Assembly (NCBI GenBank): GCA_963745075.1
Contig: CAVUWV010000024.1
Coordinates: 448,443-512,442 of the forward strand
Reading direction: 5' to 3'
Length of the DNA: 64,000 nucleotides
Source: Candidatus Hydrogenedentota bacterium
GTDB lineage: Bacteria > Hydrogenedentota > Hydrogenedentia > Hydrogenedentales > SLHB01
The notes beneath the pieces were generated by a model. It searched no databases, was not told the DNA's origin, and saw only the letters and a list, made by a program, of their open reading frames with translations. Position 1 is the stretch's first letter. Every line of letters starts with the position of its first letter. The translations under genes and the position numbers were made by a program. Positions 18,987 to 29,566 of this stretch are shown one piece after another.

Positions 18987-21932
18987 ATGCGAGGAACGTC
19001 GGATTACAAACCCATTTTTTCAATCGGACAGCGTGTCGGGCGATACACACTCAATTTTGCGATCGTGGTTATCGCACTGGCGCCCTGCATGCCCTCCCGC
19101 GGAGCGGACGGCGACTTCGTCTGGGCGGGGGCCTTGGGCGGTCCCGACTTTGATTATGGACGTGACGTTGCCGCGGACGATTCCGGCAATGTGTACGCTA
19201 CGGGCGAGTTTAAGGGTACGGCGGATTTCGACCCTGGCGCGGGGACCTATAACCTGACCTCGCTGGGCGGAACCGACATCTATGTGTGCAAGCTGGACAA
19301 TACCGGCGACCTCGCATGGGCCGTGGCTTTCGGCGCCGCCATCGACGACGACGTGGGAGAGGCCATTGCGCTGGACGACAGCGGCAATGTCCTGGTCGCG
19401 GGATACTTTGCCGGTACGGTGGACTTCGATCCCGGCCCTGGCACGTTCAACCTTACTTCGGCGAGCAATTCCATAGACGTCTTTGTGCTTAAGCTGGACA
19501 ACGATGGCAACTTCGTCTGGGCTCGCGCAGTGGGAAGCCCCGACGGGGTCGGAAACCATAACGACCGGGCCTACGCAATCGGATGCGACGGCAGCGGAAA
19601 CGTATACACGACAGGCCGTTTCCAAAGCACCGTCGATTTCGATCCGGGCGCGGGAACGCAGAATCTTACCTCGAATGGCAACCACGACATCTTCGTGCTT
19701 AAATTGGACGGCAACGGCGACTACGTATGGGCCAAGGGCATCGGAGGAATCGCGGAAGACTACAGTTTTGCCATTACCGTGAACGGCGTCGGAAACGTTT
19801 TCCTGACCGGGACCTTTGCGGGCACGGTCGATTTCGATCCCGGCCCGGGAACATCTACTCTGACCGCATACAACTCGAGCTTTGACGCCTATGTGTGCCG
19901 GTTGGACGCGACCGGCGCCTTCCTCTGGGCCGGCCAACTGGGCGGTTCCGGCTACGACAGCGGGCAAAGCATTGCCGTGGATTCTCAGGGTAACGTCTAC
20001 TCGACAGGCAGCTTCGTTGACACTGCGGACTTCGATCCCGGTCCCGGTACGTACAACATTACATCCAGTTATTCCGCGGCCTACCTATCCAAACTGGACG
20101 CCTCCGGTAACTTCATCTGGGCCAGGGCCTTCCTTGGCGAGATCTCGACCGGCAATGGGATCGCCGCTGCCGGACGCGATTACATCTACATTACCGGGTA
20201 CTTCAACGGGCCGGTGAACTTCGATCCAGGCTTCAGCGATTTCAGCATGACCTCGTCGGGCACGGACGCCTATGTCGCCAAATTGAATACGGCGGGTGGC
20301 TTCGGCTGGGCTAAACAGCTCGTTGGCGGACCATCGTCGCCTTACGGGGTCAGCCGTGGTACCGAAATCGCCACCAACGCCAATGGGGACATCTATACGA
20401 CCGGATACTTCAGTTACGAGGTGGATTTCGACCCGGGTCCAGGGACTTTTCCCATCGACACGGGCTCGAGCAGTTCCTATACGAATGCCTTTCTACTCGG
20501 ACTGGAGGGACTGGTTCCGGAAATAGGGGTTCCGGAGGTATTCGCCGTCACCGCACTTGACGCGTCTCCCACGAACGCGGTGAGCGTGCACTACGGCGTC
20601 ACGTTCAGCGAACCTGTCAACGGCGTGGACACGAGCGATTTTGCGGTCACTGCCGTGGGTGTCACTGGCGCCAGTGTGACAGCGGTCTCCGGAGCTGATG
20701 ATTTTTATACGGTGACCGTAGGCACCGGCGTGGGAGACGGCGCGATCCGCCTTGACGTGGTGGACGATGACAGCATTACCGCGTCGGATGACACGATGCC
20801 GCTGGGAGGCGCCGGAGCAGACAACGGCAGTTATTCCACCGGCGAGCGCTATACGATAGATAAGAGCGCGCCCACGGCGACCATCGGGGTCCCCAGCTCC
20901 AGTATCACGGCAAACGGACCGGTAACCTACACTGTGACGTATACGGGCGCTGACAGTGTGACGCTGGTTGCCGGCGACGTGTCGCTGAACTCAGCCGGTG
21001 ACGCGACCGGAGATGTAGCCGTATCGGGTTCAGGCAATCACACCCGGACCGTCGCGATCGGCAATATCACCGGCAATGGCACACTTGGCATATCTATCGG
21101 TGCCGGGACCGCGACCGACTTCGCCGGCAACTCCGTGGCTGCGGCCGGACCCAGTGCCACGTTTGATGTGGATAGCGCGGCCATTGCGGTGAACATCGGC
21201 CCGCCGTCCGTCACACAAACGGATACGGGACCCGTCAGCTATGTTGTGACCTACGACAATGTATCGAGCGTGACGCTGAGTCCGGCCGACGTAATCTTGA
21301 ACGGCACCGGCAACGCGAACGCGTTGATTGCCGTAGGTCCGGTGGTGAAGGCGAAACAAACCCTGCAACGGCAGGTGACGCTGTCGAGCATTACCGGCAA
21401 CGGTACCTTGGGCATTTCCATTGCCGCCGGCACGGCGTCGGACGGGTTGGGGCACAGCGCACCTTCGGCCGGTCCGAGTGCCATGGTTTATGTGGACAAC
21501 GCGGACCCGGACGTGGACAGCATCGTTCTGTCGCTGACGAAGGGATTGCAGGTCGACCACATCGTTACGTTCACGGAAGCCGTGACCGGCGTCGATGTGA
21601 CGGATTTTACCTTGACCACGACGGGGGCCGTGACCGGCGCCTTTGTTGCCGGTGTAAGCGGCAGCGGCGCGGTGTACACGGTAACCGTGGATTCGGGCAC
21701 GGGCAATGGAACGATCCGTCTCGACGTGATCGACGACGATACGATACTCGACAACGTGGGCAACCCGCTCGGCGGCCTCGGCGCCGGAAACGGCAATTTC
21801 CTGGAGGGTCAAATGTACAGCACCGGAACGGGCACGGCCGTGCCGCTCGACTGGCGTTGGATCTTTGCAGCGCTGCTTGCGGTCGGCGGCGCCGTTATTG
21901 GGCGAATGAGGAAGATTCCGCGCAAGACGTGA
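18987..21932 (+). CDS. SBBP-repeat beta-propeller plus Ig-like surface protein with a C-terminal sorting signal
   Basis: Repeated D.SGNVY.TG.F..T.DFDPG.GT. Ig-like repeats (VTFSEPV.GVD..DF). C-terminal VPL + hydrophobic helix + basic tail. Confidence 0.88.
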   Translation: MRGTSDYKPIFSIGQRVGRYTLNFAIVVIALAPCMPSRGADGDFVWAGALGGPDFDYGRDVAADDSGNVYATGEFKGTADFDPGAGTYNLTSLGGTDIYVCKLDNTGDLAWAVAFGAAIDDDVGEAIALDDSGNVLVAGYFAGTVDFDPGPGTFNLTSASNSIDVFVLKLDNDGNFVWARAVGSPDGVGNHNDRAYAIGCDGSGNVYTTGRFQSTVDFDPGAGTQNLTSNGNHDIFVLKLDGNGDYVWAKGIGGIAEDYSFAITVNGVGNVFLTGTFAGTVDFDPGPGTSTLTAYNSSFDAYVCRLDATGAFLWAGQLGGSGYDSGQSIAVDSQGNVYSTGSFVDTADFDPGPGTYNITSSYSAAYLSKLDASGNFIWARAFLGEISTGNGIAAAGRDYIYITGYFNGPVNFDPGFSDFSMTSSGTDAYVAKLNTAGGFGWAKQLVGGPSSPYGVSRGTEIATNANGDIYTTGYFSYEVDFDPGPGTFPIDTGSSSSYTNAFLLGLEGLVPEIGVPEVFAVTALDASPTNAVSVHYGVTFSEPVNGVDTSDFAVTAVGVTGASVTAVSGADDFYTVTVGTGVGDGAIRLDVVDDDSITASDDTMPLGGAGADNGSYSTGERYTIDKSAPTATIGVPSSSITANGPVTYTVTYTGADSVTLVAGDVSLNSAGDATGDVAVSGSGNHTRTVAIGNITGNGTLGISIGAGTATDFAGNSVAAAGPSATFDVDSAAIAVNIGPPSVTQTDTGPVSYVVTYDNVSSVTLSPADVILNGTGNANALIAVGPVVKAKQTLQRQVTLSSITGNGTLGISIAAGTASDGLGHSAPSAGPSAMVYVDNADPDVDSIVLSLTKGLQVDHIVTFTEAVTGVDVTDFTLTTTGAVTGAFVAGVSGSGAVYTVTVDSGTGNGTIRLDVIDDDTILDNVGNPLGGLGAGNGNFLEGQMYSTGTGTAVPLDWRWIFAALLAVGGAVIGRMRKIPRKT

Positions 21933-22246
21933 CACGCTGAAGCGACAGGAAGTTTTAGCAGCCTCCGGTGCGAGCAACGTGTCGTGTATTCGGCGCTGTC
22001 GCCGGGGTGGCCGTCTGTAGAACTACGGTCAACTGACCAATGTTGCGGCGCCAGGATGGTTCGCTGCTCCTCCATCGCCGGAGGCGCTTGCCTTCACCAT
22101 CGCGCCCGCATTATCACGCGTTGCTCCATGCCGTTCATTGAGTCCATATTGCCCATCTCAAGTTTCGGCGGCCCCGTTGTGCCGTGCGTCTTCCAACTGC
22201 TAGGCTGACAGCTGTTAATTGCTTTCAACGTTTGGGGGAACTCGGA

Positions 22247-25200
22247 ATGCGCTACGCTCTTGCCGTAATCGGTTTCGTTATGGTGGCCTGGCTGGCAATG
22301 CCCGCTCGGGCGCAGGATGATGCGTTGTCCTACGACGAACTCTATCAGGGGTTCGCGACGCCGGACCATGCCAAGTGGGGGGAAGTGCCGCTGTGGTGGT
22401 GGGAAGGCGAACGGATGACGAAGGAACGCGTCACGGCGGAGTTGGAGACGCTGGCCGCGCAGGGGGTGAAGGCGGTCTGTCCCATTCAACGCTCGCCGGG
22501 ACGCTGCGATCCCCAGTCGTTCAGCCCGGAGTGGTGGGACCTCTTCGCGTACACGAACGCGGAGTGTAAACGGCTCGGCATGTCGTTGTGGGCGTACGAC
22601 CAGGTCGGCTACGGTCACTACGGCTGGCTCGAGAAAGCGGCAGCCCACGTCGCCGACCCCCGCACGAAGCGCGTGGTGGTGCTGACCGGAGAAGGAACGG
22701 CCGGCGCGGCGATTCATATTGACCTGCCCGACGGAGACGTGTTGAGCGCGCGGGCGTATCCGCTGCGCGACGGCGTTGCCGACGACGCGGACAGCATCGA
22801 CGTGACCGGCAGCGTGGCGGGCAAGCGTTTTGATTGGACGCCCCCGAGCGGAACGTGGCACGTTGCCGTGCTGATGATAGAACCCTTCCAGAGTTTCTAT
22901 CTCAGCGATACCTCCGGCGACGCGTTTATCGACATGTTCTACGGCAAGCTCGAGCGCACCCTCGGCGCGGATTCCATGGGCACGAGTTTCGCCGGCGTGT
23001 TCCAGGACGAACATCCGCCCACACCGCGCGACATCTATACCGAGGAACTGGCGCAGGCGTTTCAGGCGCGCTACGGGTACAACATCTTGCGCGCAATTCC
23101 TGCGCTGCATTTCGATGTGGGACCGCTCACGCCGAAGTATCGCACCGACTTTTTAGACGTCTATCTCAATACCGTGGAGCAGGATTATTGGAAGCGCGTC
23201 TACGATTGGACCCGCGACCGCGGGCTTCTCACCAGTCACGACAACTGGGGACGCAACAACATCTACCAGCAGAGCCAGGGGTACATCGACTACTTCCGTT
23301 CGCAGCGCTGGTTCTCGGCGCCGGGTAACGACGATTCCGGCCAACATCCCATCACCGAACGCAACTATTACGACACAAAGATCGCCGCGTCCATCGCGCG
23401 CTTGTACGATCGGCCGCGCGTGTGGGAGGAAGCCTTCCATTCGAGCGGTTGGGGTCGCACCACCGACCAAACCTTGTCGTGGCTGTCGGCCGACATGGCC
23501 TTCGGCACGAACCTCTACGACGAACACGGCCTCTACTATGCGACCCGCGCCAGCACCTGGGAACACGCCGCGCCGGACCCCCATTGGCGGCAACCGTACT
23601 GGCGGTACTACCACGTCATCTCGGACTTTGTGTCGCGCTCCTGCTATCTCATGTCGCAAGGCCACGCCGTGGTGGACGTGGGTGTGCATTATCCCGTCGT
23701 GAGTCTGCTGGCCGGCGAACCGCCCGAAACCGAAGGTCCCGATTACAACGGCTACATGGCGCTATCGAAGTCCATCTTCTTCGCCGGGATCGACAACGAC
23801 ATCATCGACGACGACTCGATTCTGAACGGCAAGGTGAATGACGGTGCGATCGCACGATGGGCGGCAACGGCTACCAGGCCCTCGTATTCGGACCCGAGAC
23901 CACCATGCGGCGCGCCGTGCTCCAAAAGGCTCTGAAACTGGTCCAAACCGGCGGTACTGTGATCTTTGTCCAGAAGCTACCCATCGCAACCACCGAAGGC
24001 GGGCGCGACGACGCAGAACTTAAGGCCTTGCTCCAACAACTACTCGGCCCCAACGCGGAGGCGGGCACGACCGAAATGTTTGAAAAGACGTTCGATGGCG
24101 GCGGGTATTGCGCGTTCATGCCTGCGGCGGACGAACTGCCTAACCTGGTGACGGAACATATCACGCGCGATTTCGTGCCGACGGGTGGAATGGTTTTCGA
24201 GACCCATCGTCGCGTAGGCGATACGGATGTCTACCTCGTGCAGAGCACGGAAGCCGAACCGTTCGCGTTGGAGGCGCGTTGTCGCGTTGACGGCGTGCCG
24301 GAATTGTGGGATCCCTTCACGGGGGACGTTTCTTCCGTGGATGCGTTTGAACGCGCGGATGGTTTCACGACAATTCGTCAGCCAATGGAAGGCAATACCG
24401 CAACGTTCTTCGTGATTCGTCCGGGCGAGGCGCAATCGGGCAAGCATAGCATCGATCGGGATGCGATTCAGGAACGCGTGTTGCCCGAGGAATGGGAGTT
24501 CTCGGTTATTCCGACGCGCGACAACAAGTGGGGCGAATTCCGCTGGCCGCCGTCGGATGAATTGATCGGACCCGAAGTGCGCACGCTCCGCTACCGCGAG
24601 GAGAACGGCACGGATGGTGTGGCTGCCGGATGGACTGCGAACGATTTCGACGATGCCGACTGGCAAAGCACGTTGTACAGCACGGGTCCGTACTGGCTGA
24701 TGCATCCCTGCGACGCGGGTGATAGTGCGATCGTGCCCGGCGTGCTTAAAACTCTTTCGGACGTTGCCGCGGGGTCGGAATGGCAAGAAGTAGATTTCTC
24801 CAAGACCATCGGTCTGGCCAAGGCCGCGCCATGGGGAGGACATTCCGGGTATCCCGATGGACACATCGACAAAAGCTTCATCGATCTGCCGGAAGGACGG
24901 AAGCTGCTCTTCACGCGTCTTCGCGTGTCGAAGGCGCAACGTCGAGGATTGCGCGTCGAACTGAGTAATTCGACCCCGCGCCTGTGGGTGAACGGCGAAG
25001 AGCAACCCTTCGAAGAGGCCGTCGGCAACCTCCCGCTACGGGAAGGGGAGAACACGGTTCTGCTCGATCTCCCCGATGGTGGACATGGCCGTCTCTTCGT
25101 GCAGGCCGATCCGCCGACGGTATCGTCCATGGCCGAAGCGGCGCAGGCCGGCGCAACGCCGGAAATCGCAAACGCGTCGTGGATCTGGTCCGGCAGCACG

Positions 25201-26376
25201 CAAGCCTGCTACGTGCGCAAGACGTTTGAATTGGACGACACACCGAAAGACGCGCGGCTGACAGTCAGCGCCTTCAGCGGATACCGGCTTTTCGTGAACG
25301 GCACGAAGGTCGAAGAAGAGATCGGCCCATGGTCGGATTGGCACAAGCCTGAGACGTTCACCGTTACGCCGCTGCTGCACAAGGGACGCAACGTCATCGC
25401 CGTTTGGGGACAACTTTTCGCGGGGCAGAACGTGAACAAGGGCGAAGAGGCGTTCCAGAGCCGGGGCATTGTGCTCGCACTGAAAGCGCGAACGGAAGGT
25501 GGAAACGAAGTCAGTATCGTCACCGATGGTTCGTGGGTCGGCACGGCCGATGACTTTACGGACTGGGAAGCAGTCTCATACGACGACAGCGGATGGTCGC
25601 CAGTCAGCGTTCGCGGGCATATGGGCGACGCGCCGTGGGGTATGGATGTTGTCAACAACGTAGGTTCGATAACCGAACCAAAGCGGCCGCTGTCTATCGA
25701 CCTGGCGAGCCCGTATCTGGAATGTTTTGATGAAGTGCCCGACCTTGTGTACGACGTGAAACGCGCGAACGACCCGCGCGTCGGATGGTATCGCTTCGAA
25801 GCCCCGCCGGGACTGCGTGCCCTTACGCTGCCCACCGACGCGGTCGCGCGCGTGTGGATTGATGGAACGGAAGTTTCCGTTCGCGGGACGACCGCGGACG
25901 TTTCGGTGCCGCCGTCCGGCGTGTCCCAAGTGGCTATTCGGCTCGAAATGCAACCGGGCGCGTACGCGGGTGCGGCTTTCGCAACGCCGATTGGGCTTAC
26001 GCTGAAAGGAGGCGCCATTGGTCTTGGCCTGTGGGCCAACTATGCATTGCCGACCTATTCCGGGATCGGCGTGTATATGCAGACCGTCAACATGGAGAAG
26101 CCCGAGCGCGATTCGAAGACATGGCTGGATTTGGGGCAGGTGCTGGTCGCGGCCGAAGCGCTGGTGAATGGCGAAAGTGCTGGCGTGCGCGTGGCGCGTC
26201 CCTTCAAGTTCGATATCAGCAAATTGATTCGCGAAGGCGACAACACGATCGAGGTTCGCGTGGCGAATACGATTGCGCCGCACTACACGACAATCCCGGC
26301 GATGAATCTTGGCCCTACGGACTCGGGGTTGTTGGGTCCCGTGTGCATCCTGTACACCGCGCCGCCTTCCTCGTAA
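22247..26376 (+). CDS. Large secreted glycoside hydrolase, GH106 (alpha-L-rhamnosidase)-like (frameshift ~23857)
   Basis: Signal peptide, PLWWWEG, LWAYDQ, FQDEH, rhamnosidase N-domain-like segment, C-terminal WLDLGQV...N.IEVRVAN...SGLLGPV. Confidence 0.72.
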
Positions 26377-26496
26377 TCGTGCGTCGTGGTCGAGACGTGG
26401 TACAAACATCGCCGATGAGTTGTCGATTTTCGATGACGGCGGCTGCATACAAAGGTCACCAACAGAGGATATCTCTGCGGGACAGCTGAACCACGC

Positions 26497-26665
26497 GAAG
26501 AACATCCCCCTTGATCCCCCTTCAACGGGGGAAACGTGATCGGGCACGTCTATTGACGTATGCGTCGTGACTGGCCTGAACCCACGCTAAAGCCAGAACT
26601 ACGGCGCAACGCAAAGCGTTGCGAGACCTTCCCCCTTTGAAGGGGGATCAAGGGGGATGTTCTTC
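26497..26665. repeat. ~165-bp inverted-repeat element, copy 2
   Basis: Same arms as copy 1, with internal GCAACGCAAAGCGTTGC. Confidence 0.88.
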
Positions 26666-26754
26666 AGTGTTCGTGTTAACCTGTACGAAACATGACCACG
26701 AGACGTGCTGCAGGTTAAACCAATTGAGCCGAGTCAAGCATCCGGAGGCGACCA

Positions 26755-28866
26755 TTGATATACCGACCAATTCTTCTTTACCTCATTGCCATTTTTTCTG
26801 CGCACGCCGCGGATCTTCCGCCGGTTGACGCATTGCCGGATCAGCCGAATCTTCCCGATCCGTTTGTGATGATGGACGGCACGCACATCGAGACGCCGGA
26901 GCAGTGGTACGACTTGCGGCGGCCGGAACTGAAGCTGCTGTTTCAGCACTACGTCTACGGGTACCTGCCGCCGCCCACGCCGATCCAGGCGAAGGTATTG
27001 CAGGAGAACGACGACGTATTCGGCGGGAAGGCGACGCTGAAACAAATCGAAATCAGTTTTCCCGCGCTTCCCGATAACGCGCCGCGAATTCATCTTGCGC
27101 TTTTCGTGCCGAACAAGGGTAAGCCCGCGCCGTGCTTTCTTGCGTTGAACAAATGCGGGAACCATACGGTCACCGACTATGCCGGCACGCTCGTCTTTGA
27201 CGACGTTTGGCGGCACTCCGCCTGTCCGCCCATGGAAGAGTTGCGCGGCTGGAAAAAGGACCACTGGTGCGTCGAACAGAAGATCGATCGCGGCTACGCA
27301 TTCGCCACGTTTCACGAGAGCGACATCGATCCCGACCAGGACGATTTTACCGACGGTATTCATCCCTTTTTTACCGATCTTCCGGGGCCGGAGGCGTCGA
27401 AGTGGGGGACCATCTCCGCCTGGGCCTGGGGACTGCAGCGTTGTCTCGATTACCTCGTCGACGATCCGGATGTCGACGGTGCAAAGGTCATCGTGACCGG
27501 CCATTCCCGGCGCGGCAAGACGGCGTTGTGGGCGGCCGCGTACGACGACCGGTTCGCCATTGCCATGCCGCACCAATCCGGCACCGGCGGCATGGCACTG
27601 AGCCGCAACAACGACGAAGAAACCGTCGAACGCATCAACACCCATTTCCCGCATTGGTTCTGCGACACGTTCAAGGAGTTCAACGGCCGCGAGTCGAAAT
27701 TGCCCATCGACCAGCACCTGCTCGTCGCCCTCGTGGCACCGCGACCCGTTCTCGATACCGCCGGGTTGCAGGACACCTGGGCCAACTACGAAAGCGCCCT
27801 GCGCAATCTCAAGGCAGCAGATCCCGTCTACGAGTTCCTCGGTAAACCCGGTCTTGTTGGCGACGGCATGGTCGTGGGCGACGAACCCATCGACGGCGCC
27901 GATTTCGGCACTTTGCTCCAGTACCGCCGCGATACGAAACACCTGTTTGAAGCCGGCTACTGGGACAAGATGATGGACTTCGCGGATCTCCATTTCGGGC
28001 GTACGACGCGCGGCGCGGCGGCTCCCGAGTTTCCTCGTGCGCTCGTCGAGTTCAAAGCCTTCGAAGGCAATCCCGTGTTTGCGGGAAGTGGCCCCGGTCA
28101 TTGGGACGAGCGTATTCGCGAACGCGGGTGGATTCGCTATGAGGGCGGCCAGTACCACCTCTGGTACACGGGCTATGCGGGGTCGGAGGACGCGACCAAG
28201 AAGCTCGGTTACGCCACGTCGCCCGACGGCATCACGTGGACCCGCTATCCCGGCAACCCCATCTACGACGACCATTGGGTCGAAGACATGATGGTCGTGA
28301 AACACGACGGGACCTATTACATGTTCGCGGAAGGCAAGGGCGATCACGCCCACCTGCTCACGTCGACGGACCGGATCCACTGGACCCGCCAGGGCGCGCT
28401 CGACATCCGCATGACCAACGGCGACCCAATCCCGCCCGGTCCTTTCGGCACGCCGACCGTATTCATCGAAGACGGCACGTGGTACCTGCTCTACGAACGC
28501 GACGACGTAGCCGTCTGGCTCGCCACGTCCACCGACGGGAAGACGTGGACCCACGTCCAGGACGAGCCCGTGCTCGTCCCCGGTCCCGACGACTACGATG
28601 CCGGCATGATCGCCGTGAACCAGGTCGTCAAACGCGACGGCCGCTACTACGCCTACTACCACGGCCTCGTCCGCGACTCCAACCCCCAGGAGTGGACCAC
28701 CTGCATCGCCGCCTCGGACGACCTCCTCCACTGGACCAAGTACCCCGGCAACCCCATCCTCCGCGACAACAAGTCCAGCGCGGTGCTGGTCGATGGGCCG
28801 GATGGGCTTCGGCTGTACACGATGCATCCGGCTGTGTGCTTGCATACCCCGGCCAAGTCGCCATGA
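26755..28866 (+). CDS. CE15-like esterase fused to a five-bladed beta-propeller glycosidase-like domain
   Basis: LPDPF, WGTISAWAWG, TGHSRRGKTALW and PIDQHLL (CE15). C-terminal repeats ATSPDGITWTRYPGNP and SDDLLHWTKYPGNP. Confidence 0.82.
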   Translation: MIYRPILLYLIAIFSAHAADLPPVDALPDQPNLPDPFVMMDGTHIETPEQWYDLRRPELKLLFQHYVYGYLPPPTPIQAKVLQENDDVFGGKATLKQIEISFPALPDNAPRIHLALFVPNKGKPAPCFLALNKCGNHTVTDYAGTLVFDDVWRHSACPPMEELRGWKKDHWCVEQKIDRGYAFATFHESDIDPDQDDFTDGIHPFFTDLPGPEASKWGTISAWAWGLQRCLDYLVDDPDVDGAKVIVTGHSRRGKTALWAAAYDDRFAIAMPHQSGTGGMALSRNNDEETVERINTHFPHWFCDTFKEFNGRESKLPIDQHLLVALVAPRPVLDTAGLQDTWANYESALRNLKAADPVYEFLGKPGLVGDGMVVGDEPIDGADFGTLLQYRRDTKHLFEAGYWDKMMDFADLHFGRTTRGAAAPEFPRALVEFKAFEGNPVFAGSGPGHWDERIRERGWIRYEGGQYHLWYTGYAGSEDATKKLGYATSPDGITWTRYPGNPIYDDHWVEDMMVVKHDGTYYMFAEGKGDHAHLLTSTDRIHWTRQGALDIRMTNGDPIPPGPFGTPTVFIEDGTWYLLYERDDVAVWLATSTDGKTWTHVQDEPVLVPGPDDYDAGMIAVNQVVKRDGRYYAYYHGLVRDSNPQEWTTCIAASDDLLHWTKYPGNPILRDNKSSAVLVDGPDGLRLYTMHPAVCLHTPAKSP

Positions 28867-28900
28867 TGTAGCGCAGGCGTCCCGCCTGCATTCCTTGGTA

Positions 28901-29069
28901 GAAGAACATCCCCCTTGATCCCCCTTCAAAGGGGGAGCCGTACGCAACGCTTTGCGTTGCGTTTTGCGGTTGGCCCGAATCCAGTTTCGGAGCAATTCAC
29001 AACGTCCATCACTTCAATCTCGTGCATGCAGAACTCCCCCTTTGAAGGGGGATCAAGGGGGATGTTCTT
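28901..29069. repeat. ~165-bp inverted-repeat element, copy 3 (next to a GTAG REP at 28866-28892)
   Basis: Same arms and internal palindrome as copies 1 and 2. Confidence 0.88.
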
Positions 29070-29169
29070 TGTTTCCTACCAGTCCACTTGACCGGCCAGC
29101 GAGGAACACCTTGACTGCACACGTTTCCTCGCGTCTTCTCCTCGACCAATCCGCGATCCGCAATCCGAG

Positions 29170-29545
29170 AGGGTGCACCCCCCCTTTGCTTTTTGACGAT
29201 TCAAGGGGGTGTGCGCCGGGGGTGTGGGCGTGCTTGGTGTTGGTTGTCATGGGCGGCGTTCTCCTTGTAAATATCAGTGGGGTAGAGGGTTGCAAGGGAA
29301 GTAGGCCGGAGGCTGGAGTCCTTGGACTGGTGGAATCGGGGGGGGTGCACCCCCTTTTTGCTTTTTGACGATTCAAGGGGGGGTGTCGAGTCCGGTCCCC
29401 GCGTTCCCCGTGTTCCCCGCGTTCGCGAGGACGAGGAGGAGGATGACGGGTGTGTTCGGCGATGTTTGGCATGGGCAGAGTGCTCCTTATAAATATTGCG
29501 CGGGGCGTTGCAGCGGGAATTAGGCCGGAGTCCGGAGTCGGGAGC
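29170..29545 (-). repeat. Two related units, each with a promoter-like motif, RBS, ATG and a GGGTGCACCCCC box
   Basis: GGTGCACCCCC..TTTGCTTTTTGACGATTCAAGGGGG at ~29171 and ~29343. AAGGAG-n-ATG precedes ATGs at ~29250 and 29472. Confidence 0.7.
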
Positions 29546-29566
29546 CTGGAGGGGGGAGGGGCGCGG

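Noticed and set aside
26734..28995. Long antisense ORFs (also 7869..9332, 31905..33830, 6326..7540 and others)
   Set aside because: Shadow ORFs of well-supported genes in GC-rich DNA.
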